Positions 34,608 to 46,394 of a stretch of 64,000 nucleotides of DNA are shown piece by piece. The stretch's first letter is position 1. Each line of letters opens with the position of its first letter. This stretch comes from Eukaryota sp. TZLM1-RC (lineage: Eukaryota > Protista > Metamonada: BaSk clade): contig JAUPSS010000003.1 of assembly GCA_040285825.1 (NCBI GenBank), positions 1,178,001 through 1,242,000 of the forward strand, in the 5' to 3' direction. The position numbers and the translations under genes were made by a program. Below the pieces are notes generated by a model. That model worked only from the letters and a program-made list of their open reading frames with translations, was not told the DNA's origin and did no database searches.

Positions 34608-34869
34608 AACTTAACGAGATTGCAGAAGGCGGGAATTGTCAATGTTCAATTGAATTGCTTTTGCAGTTGACAATATCTGTCTAAAGAAAATTAACTTTAA
34701 TTAAATTTTAATTACCTACATAATAATCCAGTATTTGTACATGGCAAGCATGATGATCTACCATTAAGTCTTATTTTTTCAAATGAATATATCTATTAAT
34801 CAGCTTATAAATAAACATCTATAATCGATCTCTCTGGAAACAAAACTAGTTGCAACTCTGTAATAATGA

Positions 34870-35420
34870 GATCCAAGTGAAAGCAAAACATCATAAACAT
34901 CCTTCAACATCCCCTTAAAAATAAAATAAAACAATTCTATTTTGCCGAAATAGTATATTGAAAATTCTTTTGCCTCTTCATTTAAGAATTAGTTAAACTC
35001 TGCCATCATAGGTAGAGCAGTGGGAGCAAGTGATCCAAATAGAGAATATACAAATGGATAAAGATTGTATTTTGCATGATGTTGGGTAGACAATTTGGAT
35101 AAATGTTCAGTATATTTTTTGATCTTGAAACTCTTAGCGTTTGAAAGAGGATTACGAACTTCAGAATTAGCTAACTTTTCATAAAAGACATTACAAGGAT
35201 TAAAAAACATTACATCCACTAAAATAAAGGTTCCATCTAATCTATGCAAAAAGACATCACCTCTATTTTTTCTTTTGAAAATCAACTTCAGCATCAAACA
35301 GATTTGACAAGAGAGGTTCCAAAAAAAATTCAATTCTATGAGACTTACTCATACAATATAATTGGTCTCTTACAGCATCATAAACCTTGCTTCTAAAGCT
35401 AGTAGAATGTTTACAATTTA
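34870..35420 (-). mobile_element. Non-LTR RLE-domain remnant
   Basis: RGDVFL..ILVDV..YNLYPFVYSLFG. Confidence 0.7.
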
Positions 35421-35429
35421 ACAAAATAA

Positions 35430-35846
35430 TTGATTGGATTGAGAACTCTAAAGCTGTTGTTGACTTTGTATCATGTAATGTTGCAAATGGTTCAAAGAAG
35501 AAAACTTAATCTTGTAGGTGCTCTTGAATTTAAGGCCAAAGAAAAACACAGAAAATATGACAAAAATAACGAAGAAGCTAATGCTGATATAAATACACAG
35601 CTGATTTTCATTGCTTTCCCATTTGATATAAACGGAAGACTATCCATAGAAGCAGGAACTTTTTTGAATGATTTCCAAAAAATGGTTCAAGAAAAAACAA
35701 TGAAAAGATTTGATATTTTTTTATGGCGCTCTCGGATTCAATTTGCCATTATTATCAGATTTCCTCGGTTTTTCAATCTAATTGGAGAAGTTTTGGCGAG
35801 TCAGCAAGTTGATAAAGATTCTGCGGAGGAAATCCTGGTTCACTGA
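35430..35846 (+). mobile_element. Non-LTR 3' fragment of a second family (ending EEILVH*)
   Basis: KAKEKHRKY..FIAFPFDINGRL..WRSRIQFAI..EEILVH*. Confidence 0.75.
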
Positions 35847-36850
35847 AAAGGCTAGCATCAAATTCCAAGCTTTTAGAATTCTTCTTGGTGTGAATTTGTG
35901 CTGAAGTTTTTACAACAAAATGCCAAATTTGAAATAGATCAGTTCGGAGTTTGTTGGTTTGATTGGGGGAAACATTTGGTCGACATTTAGTCTGGTAATC
36001 TTTCAACTTGAAAGTTTCAAGCTCAGAAAATAACCCATTCAAGTGTTTGCTGGTATTGGGTGTAACAATTAGAAAATTCATAAATGAAATTGGTTTCTCA
36101 AAAGCTCCAAAATTGTGAAGGGTACGATTTTGTAAATCCAACACCATACATACATACATAGTAGAAAATAAATGATTTTTCAGAATCTACATCCACTAAA
36201 CCAGCAAAGAATTCTGTTCTCAATGAATTAATAAATAGGAAAAAATCTTATAATATGTAACGAGCACAAAATCTCAAACTGTGCGTTATTCTTCCAGTTC
36301 AATAATTTTGCAGCATGAAGTATTCTATTGTTTTTCCATTTTTAACGAAGAAATTGAATTCAGTTTGAATTGAGCATTTCCAACCAACAGTCAACAAATT
36401 TGAAAGCATCACTAGTGTAGATAGTGGAAGGGACAATAGATTCACTATTCACAAGGTGTGGATAAGAATCAATAAGAAATCATCTATATATAGGGTTTTC
36501 CGTCATTGCTACTGTTATTTTGATAAAACCATCAGCAAACTGATTTTTCTAAAATGGAAACCATTGTCCTCATTGTCGTTTGAATAAGCAGTGACTAAGT
36601 TCAGTCAGTAATATCGAAAATTCCAAAAAATTGGTTGAATGACGTTAACTAGCTTGGGACGGTGAGTTGGTGCAAACAATCTTTTTTTAAACTATTTTTT
36701 AAACTATTTTTAAACTATTTTTTTTCAAAATCCAAGGTAAAGTCAATTTTTATTTAAATGATACTATAAGTAATTTACAATAGAAAAAACCACCACAAAA
36801 TCTTAATCCAAAAATAAAAGAAAATTATTGATTAATTTGTAATACATTAA

Positions 36851-38728
36851 TTAAAAACTTGAAATATCTACAGCAGCTTCGGATGCTAAATCTAGCCAAT
36901 CACTATCATCAAAACTTTCAACTTGATACCCTTGACAATCTTCATTAGGAACACTAAATTCTTTACTCTTGTAGATTAAAGAAGGGGATCCTAGACCATT
37001 ATCAAGTTTAATATTAGAGATAATGTAAGCTACAGATGGCTCAATAAGATTTCTGACGTCTGGGGAATTCAAAAGACTTTTACAAAACATATACACACAG
37101 TCTTCAATAGCATCACTACTCGAATTGATTGCTTTTTCAAACAAAGTTCTACAAAATTCCAGATGAATCTTGCACTGATCTGAATGATCATTTTTTTGAT
37201 TGATTGGTCCAAGACTACTGCAGACTGCGGCAATTGGGGAAACCGCCTCTTTAATTTGAGGAAAAATAACATTGAACACAGATCCAAAATAATCATTTTC
37301 TGAAAGGGAAACGTGATCAAGCGCTGACGTAATGATGACATGGCAATATTGACCTATCACGTGATCCAGCGTGCGAAGGAAAAGCTCAGCATATTTTTTG
37401 GGATTTTTACAACCTGCAATGCTTGCCGCTTGAGCTACAATTTCGAGTTCTGCAGGTTCAATATCTTGACTGTCATCAGAGTAATCATCCACAGTTTGAT
37501 TGAAATTTTCATCTTCGTCACTGTGATCCGATTGAGAAACTGCCTGTGTATTTGATTGATCAATCATTTTTAATTGTTCCTTTGCTTGTTGCAATTTCTT
37601 AACCCTTGATGCGAAACTATCAGAATCATCAAGTCCAGCAGGCAATGGATCAAAATTGATTGATTGACATGGTTGATTGGTTTCCTTTATAAACTGGGAT
37701 TGGTGAGGGTCAACTTCTTCATCACTACTGACAGTGTCATGATCCCTTCTCGTCACGTCTTCTTTTTGACCTACTTTCTGTCCTGCTTGGGGTAAGGGTG
37801 AGGCAGGTGCTAAATTTTCCAACAAAACACAGTAAAAAACAGAAACTGGAACAGTTTTTGTTGGATTTCGACGAGAAATAGTTCGAAATTTTTCGAGTAA
37901 AATGTCAATCAATTTTTGATCTCTCCTAAATACACTTTTTATTCCCTTTGAAATAGCTGAAATTGAAAGTTTTGATCCCAAGTCAGCTTTACCACATGCA
38001 TTTCGCGCACTTAATAAAGTAACCAAAGATTGTTGGGAGTAAAATTCTTCAAAAAAACAACCAAAAACTTCAAAATCAGCGTCATTACTTCTATTATTGT
38101 CCAAATTAACCAAAAATTCTACACAGTTTTGTAAAACCAGCTTGGGAAGCCCCAAAGTTCTTTTGATATAATGGATACAAAACAAAGGAACCTCGAAAGG
38201 GGGGCTAATAGCACAATCTAATCGTTTATTGTATCGTTGGTAGGCAGTCCAATAAGCATCATAAATACCATCAATATGCTTGCGAAGCCAAGAAGGAGCC
38301 CTCGTTCTGGCTTTGGAAATGAGGGACGCACAATGCTGGGAAGGTTCAGGGGAATCAGACAGAGCAGAGGCAGCTTGGCAAAAAGAGGGATACTTGGTGG
38401 ATAGAGAAGCCCATCGTTCAAGGTGAGATGGGTCCACAGTTGGAGTATAACTTGAACGAGACGATTCGCAGCGACGTGTAGAAGGAGTGGACGAGATGGG
38501 ACGTTGTGCAGGGCGTGGTATTGGTGAAGGTGATTTGTCCTGAAGAGATGGGTCTGGAGAAGCACTTTGTTCGGATTTTTGTTCACTCTTATTTTTGCGT
38601 TTGATTTTAAGAGTTGTGACATAGTTGCCAGATGAATCCTGTGTGAATGAAGCATTATGCTTAAGAAGGAGTTCAATATACTTTTCCCGTTTTTCTGGAG
38701 GAAGATCTGAAAGAGAAGTCTCCCGCAT
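36851..38728 (-). CDS. Hypothetical protein (625 aa)
   Basis: Long ORF; likely start MRETSL at 38728; globular core WLRKHIDGIYD..LGLPKLV..FEVFGCFFEE. Confidence 0.7.
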   Translation of the reverse strand: MRETSLSDLPPEKREKYIELLLKHNASFTQDSSGNYVTTLKIKRKNKSEQKSEQSASPDPSLQDKSPSPIPRPAQRPISSTPSTRRCESSRSSYTPTVDPSHLERWASLSTKYPSFCQAASALSDSPEPSQHCASLISKARTRAPSWLRKHIDGIYDAYWTAYQRYNKRLDCAISPPFEVPLFCIHYIKRTLGLPKLVLQNCVEFLVNLDNNRSNDADFEVFGCFFEEFYSQQSLVTLLSARNACGKADLGSKLSISAISKGIKSVFRRDQKLIDILLEKFRTISRRNPTKTVPVSVFYCVLLENLAPASPLPQAGQKVGQKEDVTRRDHDTVSSDEEVDPHQSQFIKETNQPCQSINFDPLPAGLDDSDSFASRVKKLQQAKEQLKMIDQSNTQAVSQSDHSDEDENFNQTVDDYSDDSQDIEPAELEIVAQAASIAGCKNPKKYAELFLRTLDHVIGQYCHVIITSALDHVSLSENDYFGSVFNVIFPQIKEAVSPIAAVCSSLGPINQKNDHSDQCKIHLEFCRTLFEKAINSSSDAIEDCVYMFCKSLLNSPDVRNLIEPSVAYIISNIKLDNGLGSPSLIYKSKEFSVPNEDCQGYQVESFDDSDWLDLASEAAVDISSF

Positions 38729-39886
38729 TGGAGAGGTGAAAGTTGGATGCGGATAAGTGTAATTTGATACTGAATTAGAATTGGATTTTGATTTGAGTCG
38801 AGTCGAGTTAACTCGAGTCAAATAGATTGACTTGACCCGACCCATTCTTACATCCATTGACACAAATCCTCCTTAACATCATCATAGCCATTGTTCTTTT
38901 AATATCTTAATTATTGATCTCTTCAAACATCATGTTTTATCAAACAAAAATCATAGTTTATTGCAAAACAATCAAAAATGAGGTAATCTAAAGAACCATC
39001 AAATGAAGTGTTCAACGGAGCTTTTAAGTTGCACGATCTGTAATCACCAGAGCGTCAAGCACAGAATGGTTCAACACCTTGCTGAACATCATCCTGATAC
39101 ACTTATCAGTACCTTTGCTAAAAAGAACTCGTGATCAAACATCTAAGAACACAGTTGATTCAATCAATAAACAAGTCACATCATCTAGAGTGCACCTTTC
39201 TATGAATGAACCTGAAGATTTTCCTCAATATTCATCAGTTCCAGTTGACCCTCATGTTCCCAGTGGAAATCCTTTCACAGGACTATCTCCAAGTCGAGAC
39301 ACAGGACTTATTTTATAATATTATATTATACCAAATTGGATACTATAATTAGTAGTTTTAATATTACATTTATCCAACAAGTACGAGCAAACATTCAAAT
39401 GATTCTATACCTTCGGACGGTTCGTTCTCGGATCATAGCACATATTACAGTCAGTCAGTCTCTACATCAATGTAAAAGACACTTATTCCATTCCTTTTAT
39501 TCGCTATGACCCTACCCTTTTCAAAAAAGGGTTTGATGTAATTTATAACAGTGATATGAATCAAATCTAATCCACTCATCTCAACAAATTCATCTCGATT
39601 TTCACAGATTCCATCTGCACTTGCTACTTGGGCTATCACTTGCTCAAAGGCGTAGTGGAGATGGAAGCGAAACAACAGTCTTTTGAGTCACCATTCGCCT
39701 CCAATAACCAGGACTCTTCATTGATGCGTTTGATGGGAATGGAAAAGAAAAGTTAAAAACATGTAGGTCTTTTGTGTTTATAATGGTTGTAAGTGATACA
39801 TAATATTTTTTAGGGCAAATTCCTGATTATAAATTGGTTTAAATCACCATTATTGTCTTAAATATAACTAATTAAATAAGAAATTA

Positions 39887-42800
39887 TTAAATATAATCAT
39901 TACGCATCGATTTTAACCTAATCTCTGAGCATCCATTGTCGTTTTTGCTAACTTCATAATAATCATCGGGAATTTCAGCCTCAATACCTGCAGACTGATA
40001 AGAACCAATAAGCTGATGAATAAACTCCGAATCATGTGTAATAACCACCAATTGCAAGCTTCTATTACCACCAGTAACTCGAGCCAAACTCTGGGCCAAC
40101 GAAGCAGAATTGCCAGCATCAAGATTAGTGGTAGGTTCGTCTAGAGTAAGAAAGTTGCAGCGAACTCCAAAGGTTTCTGCCAAAGCAAGCCTTATCAATA
40201 TGCTAGCTAGAACCTTTTGGCCAGCTGAACACTGTCCTTTCATATCAATAGACACTCCATTTTGTCTAAAGACAACTCTATATTTGTATTTCCTTGTTTG
40301 TCCAACTATTTCACTATTTGTTTCAACCCTTACTGAATCAATATCCTTGCCAAAATACGTTTGCTGCCACAGGTTACACAATCTCTCATTCAAAGTGTCC
40401 AATTTAGCACGGTGATATTCAATAATTGCTTGATTTGTCAATTCCATAAACTCTGCGATATCTTTAATTCCACATTCAACAGCTTCTAAATCAATCTGGT
40501 TTTCTTGAAAAAGTTGATTCAAATCCTTGAAGTCATTAGTATTTAATTGTTTTTCTGCATTGTTGATAGCTTGGAGTTGGGCGGACTTTCTACCAGCTAA
40601 ATGATCTATTTTTGTTTGAAAACTTTGTCTCTTTGAATCAAGTTCCTTTCTTTTTCTCCTGAGTGTGTCAAGTGACGAATAGAGCTCATACTGGTCTGAA
40701 TTCTGAACCTCTTGAATCTCTTGAGAGACTACTTCTAGAGCATTTCGCATTCTCAAATACTGAATATTTAAAAGCAACATATTCTCGACATTATTCAACT
40801 TTACTATTCGTTCTTTTACACTTGACAATTGTTGTGAGGAATTTTCATATTGATTTTGATATTGCAGATACTCTGTCTTGATAATATCAACCCTGCTAAA
40901 CTGCTCCTTCAGCTCATCAAGCTCATTAGCTCTAACCTCTTCCTTTTCCAACAAGCAATTGCAAGAATCTATGAGAGTAGTGATACTGGTAATAGTATTG
41001 TCATATTCACTGATAGAGCTCTTTAATTCATTAACAGATTTTGTGAACTTGTGTTCTGTTTGAGACTTGCTGTCCAAAAGGCCTTGTCTGGGTCTGGTTT
41101 CTAAAGTTTTCTTGTGTTGAAGTGATTGAATATTTGATTGAGCTTCACTGAGTTTTGATTTGATTAGTTCAAATTTTTGGCTTGCTTGTCGAATATTTGA
41201 CAATTTTTGAGCCTTTTCAGAATGAATTTTTGTTAACTGATACTGACATTCCTTAAAATTGGAAATTTTCGAAGAGTAATCACGAATCAAATTTTCAGAT
41301 TCCTTAATAGAGCTGACAATAGAGCTCATGTCCAGATCAGCAGATTTACTAAGTAAATGTTCCAACTTTTGAATTTTCTGTTGAAGCGCTGAATGGTTTC
41401 TTGAATCAGAAAGAACCGAATTCAAAGCAGCCAAGACACCACGTAAAGACTCTACAGTGGAATTGAGCTCACTGACACGTTGAGACAAGTTGTCAGAATT
41501 CATTTTAAGAGCTTCTGTTTTTGACTCTTGGAATGACAACTCAGCATTAATAACCTCAATTCTTTCTTGATCTCTAACAAATTGCGAATAATAATCCTTG
41601 ACTTCATCTAATTCCGTCAAAGTCTCTTGAATTCCATTGACCTGTTGCTCAAGTTCCACAATTTCTCCCTCAATTTGCCCCTTTTTTTCATCTAATTCTT
41701 TCATTAATTCAGGTAGTCTTTTCTTTGGAAGTTTTGATTTACACAAAACACAAGAATTCGAATCACAAGATTCAGTATAAAGTGACTCAAAAGACGTGAG
41801 TAGAGCTTTCTTGACAGAAATTCTGGAAAGCAGAGATTCCAATTCCTGGTTACCATGGCAAATTTCTTCCAAGACATTAGAAGTACCGTAATTTCTCTTA
41901 TATTTGGAAACATTTTTCTTTAATTTTGTTCGTTCATCAGTTAATTCTTGCAACTTCGACCTGTTAATCATATATTCAGTGTCTAACTTGGATAATTCGG
42001 TACTAGACTGAGATAATTCTGATGTTGAGAGTCTTAATTGCTCCTTAATATCTTGAATTCTGAGACTGACAAAATCAAAGTTTAGAAGTGGTGAATGATC
42101 AGTGATTTTTAAAGCATCCCCAAGATTACTTTCCACAAAACAGGTAGATATTCTATCCAAAACAGCATCCAATTCTTGTTTTCTGAATCCCAATTCGGTC
42201 TTCACCTCTGTAAACTCATTTTCTTGCTGCCAAACCTTGGCTTCTTGTTCTTTCAATAATGAGAGATCTCCTTCTAGTCTAAGGAGTTCCGACGTCCAAG
42301 TGTCAACTTCCGATCTCAATTCGTCATGCTGACGAAGGTTTTGTTCTGCCTCAAAAAATTCATCTTCAGCTGACTCGAGCTCTGACACAAGGTCCTGAGC
42401 TTTACTCAATTCCTTTTCAAACTTTTGACTCTGAATAGTCTGTTTGTTAATATCAGACTCAATTTGTTTAACTGTCTGGTCAATGAATGAAACCTTTGAC
42501 TCAATACCAGACATTATTTCATAATATTGTTTTTGTTGAGTTTCTAATTCTAAATTGTAACCGTCTCTCTTGGTGAGAAGAGAACTCTTCTCACCAATAC
42601 AATGATTCAGATACTGGATAATGGCAGGTCTCTTTCTTGAGAAATCAAAAGCTTTTTCTAATTGATCGAGACTAATGTTGAGATCCGGGGGTAATGGAAG
42701 GTTAAAGAGACTGATTGACTGGCACTTTTTGATTATTTCTGACTGGATATCAATCAAATTTGATTGCTTTTCAGATATGGTACCTACACAACTAGAAATA

Positions 42801-43907
42801 TTCTCAAAATGGGTCTTTGAATCCAAATATTTTCCCTTAAGCTCTTCTGTTGTCGAAAAGAGCTCATCCCTCTGAGTCTCCAAATTTTGAAGCTCTGAGG
42901 GTAAGGAACGAAGTTTACTTTCCAAACTGTCAATAGAAGCATCTGTAATCAAAGAGAATTCCCCCAACCTTTCCTGCTCGTCAATCAAATTTTTTGCCCT
43001 TTCTTCCAATTTTTGAACTTTAATATGACAATCTTCTGCTATGCCTATTTGTTCATTTACCGAGTCCAGATCACTAACAACTTTCTGCAACTTGCCATTT
43101 AATTGGTCGAGTTCAATTTCATTCTTTTCTATTTCAGAATATCCTGTGGTTTGAACTGATTTGAGAGATTCAAATCTTTTAACTCTTTCCGAGAGCTCTT
43201 TAAACGACCCCTAAGATTAAAAATGAGGGTCCAGACATACATTTAGTTCTAATTTTTTTGTTTTTAAGAATTGGGAATGTTTTTTTAATTGGTCAAGGGC
43301 TTGTGTAAACTTTTGGCTAGCAAATATTTTATCAAACAAATCCTGGACCTTCTTGTCGTCATCAAAAGGCCAACAATTGTCTTCTTGGTGACAGAAGATA
43401 ACAAAATCCATTAAAGCCTTGTTGAGACCAAGTTTAGTCAGAACAATTTCAGTTACTTCGGTATTATTTGAGTTTGTGGTAGTGGTCTGCCCTTCATTAA
43501 TATGGGACAAGAGTGACTCCAGTTTAGAGAATGAGTACTTGTTGTTTTTAATAGTAACTTTCATTGTACGAGTGATACCAAAGGCCGATGCTGTATCTGT
43601 AAGGTCAGAGAACCAAACATTAATGTTAGCCTTGTGTTCAGTCTGGTTGGAGAGGCGAGGGTCATTGACAAACCTTTGACCTTTAGTGGTGTTGGGAGGA
43701 GGGTCACCAGTACATGCATAACGGAGTGATTCAATGACTGTCTAGGGTAAAAATCAGAGGATTGACAGAACTTACAGTTTTTCCTGTACCGTTGGCTCCT
43801 TTGATCATTGTCAATGGATACCTGAATTCTATTGTTTGGGGATCATGTTGTGTAGAAGGACGAAAGCTGCGGACTCCGGCTAGGTCTATTTTGTGAAGAG
43901 CGTACAT
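39887..43907 (-). CDS. RAD50: DNA repair protein RAD50; exons 43776-43907, 43241-43741, 39887-43210 (~1318 aa)
   Basis: GVRSF, Walker A GANGTGKT|TVIE, IFCHQED, zinc hook CVLC, signature CSAGQK, LDEPTTNLD, ITHD; two GT-AG introns join the three ORFs in frame. Confidence 0.95.
43211..43240 (-). other. RAD50 intron 2 (30 nt)
   Basis: GTATGT...TCTTAG; contains the in-frame TAA, and removal opens the frame into the 1067-aa ORF. Confidence 0.85.
43742..43775 (-). other. RAD50 intron 1 (34 nt)
   Basis: GTAAGT...CCCTAG; removal restores GKT-TVIESLRYACTGD. Confidence 0.92.
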
Positions 43908-44609
43908 AAGTTTTACAAAAGGAAAGCAGGTAAAAAGTATAGGAAGAAATTCTTTTGATTTTGAGTTCACTTCAAATTGATCAAAATACACAAGTTCTGC
44001 TATTTCTCCAGTGAAATTAGTGTTCAATTGCTAGTTGTAATTCAAAGTTTGTGTTTATACCTCTTGAAAATTTTATATTTACATAACAAAATTCTCAGTT
44101 TTGTTTAAAATATTTTACAATGGCTTCTTAAAGAGAAAGTGGACGAACTTCTTGTTAGATATTCTGGTGTTTTTCCACTGTAATACTACTGATAGTACTA
44201 CCACTTCAGGTCTATCAATTGGTTTGTGATCCTTACAGATTAATGCTCCATGGTCACAACTAAATAAGGTATCGGAGAATTAAATCATGTTTGCTTTTAT
44301 AGTATTGTATTCATGTTTCATTTTTGACACATTTTAAGAATCTTTTATTGGAGAAACCAAATTTTAATTGTTTACGCGCATTTGAGGACATTTCAAAGAA
44401 TTGTGCGCACCCACATCGCACTCGACTTCGTTATGGAGGTTACTCAGGCAATTTTCGTCTAGAATGTGAATGGTTTCGATGACTGTCTTTTTGATCCTTA
44501 TTTTTCTGTTGTTTGGAATAAAATACAATGAAATATTTGTTTGATGTACCTTTATTTATTGAATTTGCACACTTGATTAAATTAAATCATAACTAATGGG
44601 ACGACTATC

Positions 44610-44670
44610 ATTAAACCAAGATTTCCTCTACAAAATCTTGATTTGCTTGCTGTCTAGCTCTTGTTTGATG
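44610..44670 (-). mobile_element. Non-LTR extreme 3'-end remnant (EEILV family)
   Basis: AACCAAGATTTCCTCTACAAAATC matches 50477 and the reverse complement of 35815-35845. Confidence 0.6.
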
Positions 44671-45035
44671 TTGAAAACAAAACCAAACAAAATTTTATCT
44701 ATATTTATTTCTTGGCTTTTGGTAAACCGAAAAATGTTCCCAATTACATAGTTCCGATACTGGAAGTAAACCAAACTAAAGGATAAAGTTGAAACAAGGT
44801 CACATCGCTTTATTATCCAGAATTTTGTGAATAATAAATTGAGTTAATTCATGACCAAAATGATGAAATAGTATAAAAATAAATAAAATTAAAAGTGCAA
44901 TTAATAAAATATCATCTAATTGCTCAGAATTGATATACCAAATTACGCAAACTCGACAGTACGCTTGGTAGATAACTAATAATATACATATATACAAAAA
45001 TTCAATAATACAAATTAAAACAAAACTAAAATTAA

Positions 45036-45707
45036 TTACAAACTAGGTACCCGTACATGCAGTTTCTCCGTTTGAAGTTGTTGATCTACGTTCTCAACAC
45101 CCTTCTCTAATTTTTGTTCCATTGAAGCAATCTGGGACTTTAAATGTTGAATTTCACCTTCCTTTTCCTGAAGTTCAAGGTTGAGTTGATCAATTGAGCG
45201 TAGCAAATGCTGGTCTGTATCTTTGGTAAAAGAGTTGACTGTTGGGATGTTCAACTCATCCAAAACTTGTAACAAAAGATCGGATAAACCACCAGAAATG
45301 TGCTCTGCGATTAATATTCCCAAGTTTCTAAAAATGGATCTTCTAATTGGACAGGAAGAATTGTTTCCTGGTCGTTTTGTGGCCAGTTGTTCAGCTAGCC
45401 AAGCCTCCAACTGAAGAGAGGGACTTCGCCATTGTCTGGTGGTCGTAGCAGAGGTAGGACGAGAAAGTGAGTGAGAAAACTGAAATCTTCTAGTGGTTTG
45501 AGGATTTCGGGAAGTCTTTTTTGATGATGTAGATGTAGATGAAACACATGATGAAGGTCTGGAAGTAAGTTTTGAAATAGATGATGAAGGTCTGCTTCGA
45601 CGAGTGGAAATAGAGGTTGGTGTTCGCGCAGAGGGTGGTGGGGGTCTCTGTTCATCGTCAATGGGAAGTTGAAGAAATGTCAAGTTACAAGTAGGCAACG
45701 ACGACAT
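45036..45707 (-). CDS. Hypothetical coiled-coil protein (weak TSNAXIP1-N-like pattern)
   Basis: 223-aa ORF with Ser/Arg-rich N-terminus, LQLEAWLAEQL and a coiled-coil end. Confidence 0.6.
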   Translation of the reverse strand: MSSLPTCNLTFLQLPIDDEQRPPPPSARTPTSISTRRSRPSSSISKLTSRPSSCVSSTSTSSKKTSRNPQTTRRFQFSHSLSRPTSATTTRQWRSPSLQLEAWLAEQLATKRPGNNSSCPIRRSIFRNLGILIAEHISGGLSDLLLQVLDELNIPTVNSFTKDTDQHLLRSIDQLNLELQEKEGEIQHLKSQIASMEQKLEKGVENVDQQLQTEKLHVRVPSL

Positions 45708-45733
45708 CGGCTAGCAGCACAAAAATGTCAAAT

Positions 45734-45905
45734 ACTATCTGTGGATTTCATTTGAATTGCATATTTTCTTTAAGCATCATTTAAACTTATTCCAAGAACT
45801 TTCATCCTCGGTGAGATCGTCCACAGACGTTCTAGAATCTTCGAATAATTGGCCACCAATCTCAGTGAGCCCATTTCTCCTCCAGAACAATACGTAGCTT
45901 TGAAG
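45734..45905 (-). ncRNA. Candidate Fanzor omegaRNA region
   Basis: Directly 3' of the minus-strand Fanzor stop; stem CTCacTGAGAT/ATCTCAccGAG (45859-45869 with 45807-45817) encloses hairpins ATTGG-tgg-CCAAT and CGTC-tgtg-GACG. Confidence 0.35.
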
Positions 45906-46394
45906 CTAGTTTCTATGTGGTCTCTGGAACGCTTCTGGTCTTGTTCCATAGTAGTCCTCACTAATTGCAATTTCTAGCTGATTTAGTGATGTAGAAATGT
46001 CTCTAGACCAAACTTGATTACATTCCGTACAACTGGACTGGTGTTGTGAACTTTAACTTCACCATCAACTTCTCGATAGATCTTTTGGTGTGGCATCTTG
46101 CAGCAGTTCACCTTTGCAGATGTCATGTATTCATCTCCCATCTTGACATTACCAAATGAACATTGTAACAACTTGAGAAACGCCTTGCGTGGAGTTTTCA
46201 CTTTTTGACGTGATGTACCACCACCTCCATTGCCAAATTACACCTTTACTTTTCGATCGTCTGCAAATTTTTTCACTTTGTTGATAATTGTTTTGTTTTC
46301 TTATAAAGATGACAAATGTGTTTCTCCTCAATGCTTTTCGAGCATTCAGATATAATTGCTGTTTTAGCAATGATCGTCTTACGTTATTAGGCAA
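45906..46394 (-). pseudogene. Fanzor1 (TnpB-like) C-terminal remnant B
   Basis: Across a stop and frameshifts: VKV*FGNGG..TPRKAFLKLL..DEYMTSAKVNCCK..CTECNQVWSRDISTSLN..GTRPEAFQR (RuvC-II, Zn finger, RuvC-III). Confidence 0.8.

Noticed and set aside
43091-44027. RAD50 as a split or frameshifted pseudogene
   Set aside because: Two canonical short introns restore a full-length protein
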